Positions 57,194-64,000 of a stretch of DNA of 64,000 nt are shown here, piece after piece. Source of the stretch: a virus; IMG/VR virus record IMGVR_UViG_3300021963_000047, positions 32,001 through 96,000 of that record; one strand, 5' to 3'. Position 1 is the stretch's first letter; each line of letters opens with the position of its first letter. The notes under the pieces were generated by a model. The model was not told where the DNA came from. It saw only the letters and a list, made by a program, of their open reading frames with translations, and searched no databases. The translations under genes and the position numbers were made by a program.

Positions 57194-57628
57194 ATGAAGA
57201 TTGAAGATATAGTTGAGATGTGGGCAAGTGATACTAAGATTGATAGTACCGAGCTAGCTGCCGAGAGTCTAAAGATCCCTGCACTACATAATAAATATTA
57301 TCGTGTCTTCTTAGAAGAAAGACTTCGTCTTAAAAAGATGGAGTCAGAACTTAAATCTTTAAAGCTCGACAAGTATGAGTTTTATACTTTGGGACCTACT
57401 AAAGAAACACAAGAAAAAGGTTGGCAATTGCCAGCTAAGGGTATTATCTTAAAGCAAGATATCCCAATGTACATGGATGCTGATAAAGATATCATAGAAA
57501 TGAATCTTAAAGTAGCATACCAGAATGAAAAAGTAGAATTGTTAGAGACTATTATCAAGTCTATTAGTAACAGAAACTTTATCATTAAGAACGCTATTGA
57601 TTGGAACAGATTTGTTATGGGTGGTTAA
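57194..57628 (+). CDS. uvsY: Recombination mediator UvsY
   Basis: ESLKIPALHNKYY...IKNAIDW. Start reassigned to ATG 57194. Confidence 0.9.
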   Translation: MKIEDIVEMWASDTKIDSTELAAESLKIPALHNKYYRVFLEERLRLKKMESELKSLKLDKYEFYTLGPTKETQEKGWQLPAKGIILKQDIPMYMDADKDIIEMNLKVAYQNEKVELLETIIKSISNRNFIIKNAIDWNRFVMGG

Positions 57629-59080
57629 TTGGATTCAGTTGAGATAAGTCGTCACGACGAAGTTTATATAAAGGTAAGATGCGAACCAGGTGTTGCTCAA
57701 GAACTGAGTGATTACTTTACATTCTTCGTGCCCGGTTATAAATTCATGCCAGCTTATAAGAATAAGTTTTGGGATGGTAAGATACGTCTATTTAATCCAT
57801 TGACTTGTCTCATATACACTGGTCTCATGCCATATGTTGAAAAATTCTGTAAAGAAAGAAATTATCTTGTAGATTATATAGATGATTTTTCTTGTGAAGA
57901 ATTTTCTTTGAAAGAAGCAAAAGACTTTGTTGCAAAGATTAAACCAACGATGCAACCAAGAGATTATCAGCTAGATGCTTTTGTATACGCTGTAAGAAAT
58001 AGAAGAGCTCTTCTATTATCGCCGACGGCATCTGGTAAATCATTTATCATTTACTTACTAACGAGATACTACAATGCCCGTACTCTTATTATTGTGCCAA
58101 CTACTTCTTTGGTTAGCCAACTTGCTTCTGATTTTGCCGATTATGGCTTTGAATCTGATAGGTATGTACATAGAATATTCTCAGGACAAGATAAACAAAC
58201 AGATAAACCAATTGTCATCTCAACATGGCAATCGATTTACAAGTTGGATAAAAAGTATTTCGAACAGTTTGATGTGGTCATAGGCGATGAAGCGCACTTA
58301 TTTAAAGCATCTTCTCTTACTTCTATTATTTCCAAGTTGCATCGCTGCCGTTATAAGTTTGGCTTTACGGGTACTCTCGACGGGACTCAAACCCATAGAT
58401 TGGTTTTAGAAGGCCTGTTTGGAGCAGTAAAGAAGGTTATATCTACATCAGAACTTATAGAACAAAAGTATCTTGCTGATTTTAGTATCAAAGCAATCGT
58501 ACTTAAATATCCTGATGAAATAAAGAAGATGTTGAAAGATGCATCTTATCAGGATGAAATAGATTATATTGTTCGTAATGATGCAAGAAACAGATTTATC
58601 AAAAATTTAGCATTATCATTGGATAATGGAAACACACTATTACTTTTTCAATACGTAGAGAAGCATGGTAAAATACTCTATGATATGATTAAAAATGATG
58701 CTGGTGATAGAAAGATATTCTTTGTATCCGGCGAAGTAGATGGAGAAGAACGTGAGCAAATTCGTAAGATTGTTGAAACAGAACAGAATGCAATTATCGT
58801 CGCTAGTTACGGGACTTTCTCTACCGGCGTTAACATTCGCAACCTGCATAACGTTATATTTTCTTCTCCTTCGAAGTCACGGATAAGAAACTTGCAGTCG
58901 ATTGGACGTGGATTAAGAAAGTCAGAGACCAAGACATCAAGCACGCTGTATGATATAGCAGATGATTTAACTTGGAAATCAAAAAAGAATCATACTCTTT
59001 TACACTTCATTGAGAGAATAAACATTTACAATGAAGAAAAATTTGAGTATAAGATATATACAGTAGGATTAAAAGCATGA
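57629..59080 (+). CDS. uvsW: DNA helicase UvsW
   Basis: PRDYQ, SPTASGKS, GDEAH, GFTGT and LQSIGRGLR. Confidence 0.96.
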   Translation: MDSVEISRHDEVYIKVRCEPGVAQELSDYFTFFVPGYKFMPAYKNKFWDGKIRLFNPLTCLIYTGLMPYVEKFCKERNYLVDYIDDFSCEEFSLKEAKDFVAKIKPTMQPRDYQLDAFVYAVRNRRALLLSPTASGKSFIIYLLTRYYNARTLIIVPTTSLVSQLASDFADYGFESDRYVHRIFSGQDKQTDKPIVISTWQSIYKLDKKYFEQFDVVIGDEAHLFKASSLTSIISKLHRCRYKFGFTGTLDGTQTHRLVLEGLFGAVKKVISTSELIEQKYLADFSIKAIVLKYPDEIKKMLKDASYQDEIDYIVRNDARNRFIKNLALSLDNGNTLLLFQYVEKHGKILYDMIKNDAGDRKIFFVSGEVDGEEREQIRKIVETEQNAIIVASYGTFSTGVNIRNLHNVIFSSPSKSRIRNLQSIGRGLRKSETKTSSTLYDIADDLTWKSKKNHTLLHFIERINIYNEEKFEYKIYTVGLKA

Positions 59081-59496
59081 CTCACGTTCTAGTAAAACTT
59101 ACTAATAGAGATGATATCGTTGGAGTATTAGATACTGAAAATGATAATGCAGTAATCATTAAAGACCCAATGATACTAGTTATTAAGCAAGATGATAATG
59201 ACGAGACTGGTGCAATATTAATAAATTATATTCCATTTTCATCTCAAAATTATGTAGCTTTAAACAAGACAAACATTATCTCTATTATAAATTTAAGTGA
59301 AGACATGATTAAATATTACTTCGCTTCTAGAATCTACTGTTATAGAACTTTCGATAAAAATTTTACAGCAAATCTGAAAAGATCTACGGAATACTTAGAA
59401 AACTATTTAAGTCAAAAACCAAAGAAAAAACCTAATTTAAAAGATGATGTTGTAAAATTTTATATGTCTCAACCAGCAAGCAATACGGTAAATTAA
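59077..59496 (+). CDS. Conserved hypothetical protein (Sm-like fold) between uvsW and g55
   Basis: LVKLTNRDDIVG...IKDPM N-terminus; syntenic position. Confidence 0.6.
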   Translation: MTHVLVKLTNRDDIVGVLDTENDNAVIIKDPMILVIKQDDNDETGAILINYIPFSSQNYVALNKTNIISIINLSEDMIKYYFASRIYCYRTFDKNFTANLKRSTEYLENYLSQKPKKKPNLKDDVVKFYMSQPASNTVN

Positions 59497-60056
59497 TGGC
59501 AACAAAGCATTACGTTAACAATAAGACATTATATGAGCATATGAAAGTATATCATGAAAAGCTTATGTTGTCTAAAGAAAACAATCAACCAAAACCACCC
59601 ATTCCCAATTATATTGGTGAGTGTGTTCTTCTTATTTGTACTAAGCTATCATATAAACCAAACTTCATGAACTATTCATATAGAGATGACATGATTGCAG
59701 ATGGTATTGAAAACTGCATTGCTTCTGTAGATAATTTTAATCCTGCAAAATCGACTAATCCATTTGCATACTTTACACAGATTGCGTGGAATGCATTTCT
59801 TCGCAGGATTGCAAAAGAAAAGAAACAAACATATATTAAACATAAGAACTTCGAAAACCAGTTTACCAATGAAGAAATGGATTCTATCTTTCATGATAGA
59901 CAAGCTGCTGTTGGCAGCCATACAAATGAATACTCTTCTGAAATCATTCGTTCTTTCGAAGAGAAAGAACTATTGACAAAACAGAAGAAAAAGAATAAGT
60001 TAGAAGAACTCATGATTGAAAATAATGTGGAGATTGAAGATGAACTTGAAGCATAA
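59496..60056 (+). CDS. g55: Late-transcription sigma factor gp55
   Basis: HYVNNK, YIGEC, KPNFMNYSYRDDMIADGIENC and NPFAYFTQIAWNAFLRRI.KEKKQ. Confidence 0.96.
   Translation: MATKHYVNNKTLYEHMKVYHEKLMLSKENNQPKPPIPNYIGECVLLICTKLSYKPNFMNYSYRDDMIADGIENCIASVDNFNPAKSTNPFAYFTQIAWNAFLRRIAKEKKQTYIKHKNFENQFTNEEMDSIFHDRQAAVGSHTNEYSSEIIRSFEEKELLTKQKKKNKLEELMIENNVEIEDELEA
59973..60001 (+). promoter_or_regulatory. Candidate sigma70-like promoter at the end of g55
   Basis: TTGACA-N17-TAAGTT upstream of the small ORF and g47; intragenic. Confidence 0.4.
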
Positions 60057-60243
60057 TATGCATCTTGTTCCTCAGATTGTGCAAGATCTGGTGGAAAGTG
60101 CATTCAATGAAACAAAACATGAAAATGAAAGAACAAACTATATTCATCGGATTGAAGCAATCCGTGATTATTGCAATGCAGCAGTCAACAAGTATAATAC
60201 TGCTAGACCAATTAACAAGCCTAATACGAGAGTCATGCGTTGA
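60040..60243 (+). CDS. Small hypothetical protein
   Basis: GGAG 7 nt before ATG 60040. It fills the g55-g47 gap and overlaps the g47 start. Confidence 0.55.
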   Translation: MNLKHNMHLVPQIVQDLVESAFNETKHENERTNYIHRIEAIRDYCNAAVNKYNTARPINKPNTRVMR

Positions 60244-61307
60244 AGATTGCTCTAATTACCGATACCCATTGGGGTGTTCGCAATGACGGCGTTGCTTTTC
60301 TCGATAATAGTAAACAATTTATTGACAGCATTTTTCTTCCTACTTTGGAACAGGAAGGAGTATCAACAATCTGCCATCTGGGTGATCTTGTTGACCGTCG
60401 TAAGTACATTAATATTAACACTGCTAGGCGTCTTCGACAAGACTTTCTGGACCCAATTGCAGGACGCAATTATGATGTACATATCATTGCTGGAAACCAT
60501 GATACTTACTATAAAAACACAAATTCTGTAAATGCTCTTAACGAACTCGTTAGGGGTCAATACCCATTTCATATCTATGATCAACTTCCAAGAGAAGTTG
60601 ACTTTGATGGTCTCATCGTATTGATGTTGCCTTGGATATGTGATGAGAATAGAAAACTAACTTTGGAGAAGATTCGTGGAACAAACGCGCAAGTCTGTTT
60701 TGGACATCTTGAACTCGCTGGATTTGAAATGTACAGGGGGTCGATGGTGTCGCACGGTGACGATGCTAGCATTTTTAATAAGTTTGATCTTGTTTGCTCT
60801 GGTCATTATCATCATAAGTCCTCTTCTGGCAATATTCATTACCTTGGCAATCATGGTGAGTTTACTTGGAGCGATTATAATGATCCTAAGGGATTTCATA
60901 TCTTTGATACTGAAACGAGAGATCTAAAATTTATTAGAAATCCATATACCATCTTTGAAAAGATATGGTATAATGATACCAACTATACTATTGAAGATAT
61001 AGCTTCTCATGAATACGAGAAGTATAAGAATAAGATAATTAAAGTCATTGTACAAAATAAAACTAACCCATATTGGTTTGATATGTTTGTTGATAATCTC
61101 GAGAAGTCTGGTATCTTAGAACTTCAGGTAGTTGAAGATCATCTAAATCTTAATCTAGAACAAGATGAAGATATTGTTAATGAAGCTGAAGATACACTAA
61201 CTATCTTTAAGAATTATATCGGTCAGATTAATACGACAGATGATATTAAACAAAAGATAGAAAATACTGTACACTCTCTATATGCTGAGGCGTTGTCTGT
61301 TGAATGA
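60240..61307 (+). CDS. g47: Recombination endonuclease gp47 (Mre11/SbcD-like)
   Basis: ITDTHWG, HLGDLVDRR, AGNHD, GHLE and SGHYH. TTG start. Confidence 0.95.
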   Translation: MKIALITDTHWGVRNDGVAFLDNSKQFIDSIFLPTLEQEGVSTICHLGDLVDRRKYININTARRLRQDFLDPIAGRNYDVHIIAGNHDTYYKNTNSVNALNELVRGQYPFHIYDQLPREVDFDGLIVLMLPWICDENRKLTLEKIRGTNAQVCFGHLELAGFEMYRGSMVSHGDDASIFNKFDLVCSGHYHHKSSSGNIHYLGNHGEFTWSDYNDPKGFHIFDTETRDLKFIRNPYTIFEKIWYNDTNYTIEDIASHEYEKYKNKIIKVIVQNKTNPYWFDMFVDNLEKSGILELQVVEDHLNLNLEQDEDIVNEAEDTLTIFKNYIGQINTTDDIKQKIENTVHSLYAEALSVE

Positions 61308-63010
61308 TTGTTTTTAAAAAGATTAGATGGAAAAACTTCTTAAGTACAGGTAATATTTTTACTGAAATAGAACTTAATAAGTCTGCAACTACACTCATCG
61401 TTGGTGAAAATGGAGCCGGCAAATCTACTTTGCTGGATGCTTTGTCATTTGCGCTTTTCAATAAACCATTTAGAAAGATCAACAAACCATTACTTCTAAA
61501 CTCTATTACAAAGAAAGATCTTGTAGTAGAGATTGAATTCTCTATTGGTTCTAATAACTATAAGATTGTTAGAGGCATAAAACCAAATATCTTCGAAGTA
61601 TATCAGAATGGCACTCTGTTAAATCAGTCTGCTGATAGTAAAGACTATCAAGATATCTTAGAGAAACAAATCTTAAAGATTAATTTTAAATCTTTCTGCC
61701 AAGTTGTTGTTCTTGGATCTGCATCATTCGTGCCATTTATGTCTCTTCCTGCCGGTCAACGTAGAGAGATTATTGAAGATCTATTGGATCTACAGATCTT
61801 TACTAGTATGAATACGATCCTTAAGCAAAGGATTACAACAAATGCTGAAGATCTTATTAAGCAAGAAGCTAAGAAGACTATTGTTGAAGAAAAGATTAAA
61901 CTTGTTAAGAAGCATCTTATAGAACTGCAAAATAATAATGAAAAGATTATTAGTGAAAAGAATGAACGTATAGATCAAACTAATATACAGATTGAAGATC
62001 TGAATACCGTATATTGGGATATGGAAAATAAAAGAAAAGATCTTGAAGAAAAGATGGTAGATGAAAAAGAACTAGCATCTTCAATGAAAAAGCTTACAGC
62101 TCTAAAGCATAAGTTTGAAGCACACCTGTCATCTCAGAGAGAACAGATAAAGTTCTTTACTGATCATGATAATTGTCCTACCTGCAAGCAAGAGATCAAT
62201 GAAACATTCAAGTGTGATATGGTTCAGAGTAATCAAGAACGAGTCAAAGAATTAGAAGAAAACCTAGAACTTGTTGCTAAGAATTATGTAGAGACTAATG
62301 ATAAGATCAATGAGTTGATGAATATCCAAGCTGAGCTAAACAGCACAAAGATGGAACTACATAAACTAGCTACAAAGATTACTTCACTGATTGAATATAG
62401 AACTCAGCTCGAGACTGAAATCAATAGTATCCAAAAAACAGTGACAGAAGACAATTCTGATCAACTAAATAAATTAATAGATGAACTTAAAGAAGCAGAA
62501 GATGTATTGACTGAGTTGCATGATCTTAAACAAACATATCAAGCAGTATCAGTCTTGTTAAAAGATGGCGGTATTAAAGCAAAGATTATCAAACAATATA
62601 TCCCAATTATTAATAAGCTTATTAATAAGTATCTTTCTTCTATGGACTTCTTTGTTCAGTTTGAACTTAATGAGGAATTCAATGAAACTATCAAATCTAG
62701 ATTTAGAGACGAGTTTAGCTATGCTTCGTTCTCCGAAGGAGAGAAGATGCGTATTAACCTTGCTATACTTTTCACTTGGCGTGCTGTTGCTAAGCTGCGT
62801 AACTCTATCTCTACAAATATTCTTATCATGGATGAAGTAATGGATTCTTCACTTGATTCGAATGGCACAGAAGAGTTTATGAAAGTATTAACACAACTTA
62901 CCACTGATACAAATACATTTATTATTAGTCATAAGACTGATCAATTGTATGATAAGTTTACATCAGTAATTAAGTTTGAAAAGCATAAAAATTTTAGTAA
63001 AGTAGCATGA
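61304..63010 (+). CDS. g46: Recombination ATPase gp46 (Rad50/SbcC-like)
   Basis: GENGAGKST, zinc hook CPTC, FSEGEKMRI, IMDEVMD and ISH. Confidence 0.96.
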   Translation: MIVFKKIRWKNFLSTGNIFTEIELNKSATTLIVGENGAGKSTLLDALSFALFNKPFRKINKPLLLNSITKKDLVVEIEFSIGSNNYKIVRGIKPNIFEVYQNGTLLNQSADSKDYQDILEKQILKINFKSFCQVVVLGSASFVPFMSLPAGQRREIIEDLLDLQIFTSMNTILKQRITTNAEDLIKQEAKKTIVEEKIKLVKKHLIELQNNNEKIISEKNERIDQTNIQIEDLNTVYWDMENKRKDLEEKMVDEKELASSMKKLTALKHKFEAHLSSQREQIKFFTDHDNCPTCKQEINETFKCDMVQSNQERVKELEENLELVAKNYVETNDKINELMNIQAELNSTKMELHKLATKITSLIEYRTQLETEINSIQKTVTEDNSDQLNKLIDELKEAEDVLTELHDLKQTYQAVSVLLKDGGIKAKIIKQYIPIINKLINKYLSSMDFFVQFELNEEFNETIKSRFRDEFSYASFSEGEKMRINLAILFTWRAVAKLRNSISTNILIMDEVMDSSLDSNGTEEFMKVLTQLTTDTNTFIISHKTDQLYDKFTSVIKFEKHKNFSKVA

Positions 63011-64000
63011 TGGAAAAAAGACTCTTATTATATTTTGGTGGCAATAAGCCAAGAGACAAAGCTCTTGGTCTTCCTACATGGATACCTATAACAAAAAGAC
63101 CATTTATTCAGTCTGTTAATAGAGTTAATCATTCTATTGGAGAATATATAAATCCATTTAAATCAGTTATAGCTACTGAAACTATAGAAGATCTTTTAAA
63201 ACTAAAAAATAATACTTTATCATTCGAAGATCAAGCGCATTATACAGCTTTGCAGATCAAAGAAAAAACACAAGATTCTAAGATATTCTTGATGTATAGC
63301 GGTGGGATAGATAGTACTAGTGCGCTGGTTGCTATCATGAATACATGGAGCAAAGAAGATCTAGAACGAGTTTTTATTTTAATGTCTTATAGATCTATTG
63401 AAGAATTTCCAGATATGTGGAAAACTATAAATCAACATTTTAAAGGAAGAATAATCAATTCTCTAATTAATACAGATAAATTTTTAGACGAAGGATATAT
63501 GATAACTGGTGAATTTGGAGATCAGTTATTTGGAAGTGATATTGTAATTCCACTAGTTGGAAAATATGGAGACGAAGGAATACATCTTCCTTGGCAAAAT
63601 AATATTAATAATTTTTATAAAGATTTATTTGGAAGTACATTTTCTAAAAATGTAGATTTGTTTGTTGATAAGTATGCACAGACATTAGAATACTCACCAT
63701 TTAAAATAAGCAGTTGTTTTGATTTTCTTTGGTGGTTTAATTTTACTAATAAATGGCAATTGGTAAAATACAGAATGCTTGAACAAAAAAGATTTCAAGA
63801 TCCTAGAACTAGTTTTTCAAAAATTATACACTTTTTTGACACACCAGAATTTCAGAGATGGTCGCTAGATAATCAAGATCAGAAAATACAAAATACATTA
63901 ATTTCTTATAAATATAGTGCAAAAGAGTTTATAGTTAAGCATACTAAATATACAGACTATCTAAAAAAACCAAAAGTAGGAAGCCTACAGTTTATTTGGA
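63007..64000 (+). CDS. Asparagine-synthetase-like PP-loop ATP pyrophosphatase, 3'-truncated
   Basis: Not in the ORF track because it runs off the window. Read by hand from ATG 63007: LMYSGGIDSTSALVA (PP-loop), ITGEFGDQLFGS and DFLWWFNF..KWQ. Confidence 0.72.
   Translation, partial: MMEKRLLLYFGGNKPRDKALGLPTWIPITKRPFIQSVNRVNHSIGEYINPFKSVIATETIEDLLKLKNNTLSFEDQAHYTALQIKEKTQDSKIFLMYSGGIDSTSALVAIMNTWSKEDLERVFILMSYRSIEEFPDMWKTINQHFKGRIINSLINTDKFLDEGYMITGEFGDQLFGSDIVIPLVGKYGDEGIHLPWQNNINNFYKDLFGSTFSKNVDLFVDKYAQTLEYSPFKISSCFDFLWWFNFTNKWQLVKYRMLEQKRFQDPRTSFSKIIHFFDTPEFQRWSLDNQDQKIQNTLISYKYSAKEFIVKHTKYTDYLKKPKVGSLQFIW

Noticed and set aside
789-62904. Numerous short antisense or out-of-frame ORFs in the track that overlap core genes
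   Set aside because: They are nested in well-supported genes and have no recognisable motifs.
45365-63010. Introns, inteins or homing endonucleases in g17, g20, g23, uvsW, g47 or g46
   Set aside because: All are continuous and near the expected length, with no LAGLIDADG, HNH, GIY-YIG or intein motifs seen.
1-64000. Stop-codon reassignment, tRNA genes or a prophage/host boundary
   Set aside because: Core genes translate intact in the standard code, intergenic gaps are too short or lack cloverleaf motifs, and no integrase or host housekeeping genes appear.

Overview
The window is a gene-dense, AT-rich segment of a large T4-like (T4-superfamily, cyanomyovirus-type gene order) myophage genome. 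From left to right it holds: baseplate genes (hub, split gp5, PAAR, gp25, gp6, gp7-like, gp8, and a VrlC/DUF4815-like protein split into three ORFs); a block of Asn-rich tail-fibre and lectin-like genes (17-29 kb); a 13.5-kb accessory island (29.0-42.6 kb); the neck/head/tail core g13-g23 and g3; and uvsY, uvsW, g55, g47, g46 plus a truncated asparagine-synthetase-like PP-loop enzyme. The island encodes about 15 candidate tailoring enzymes: 2OG-Fe(II)/Asp-Asn hydroxylase-like oxygenases, sulfotransferase/P-loop-like proteins, SAM methyltransferases, glycosyltransferases and an SGNH protein. They surround a structural-looking protein with 26 x-[YF]-[TS]-G repeats. The most interesting signal is that the island carries T4 late promoters, including a palindromic bidirectional TATTTATAAATA shared with neck gene 13. 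Together with the Asn/Thr-rich virion proteins, this suggests a phage-encoded virion hydroxylation/glycosylation system, which is a hypothesis only. All annotations come from motif recognition and synteny; no database searches were run.
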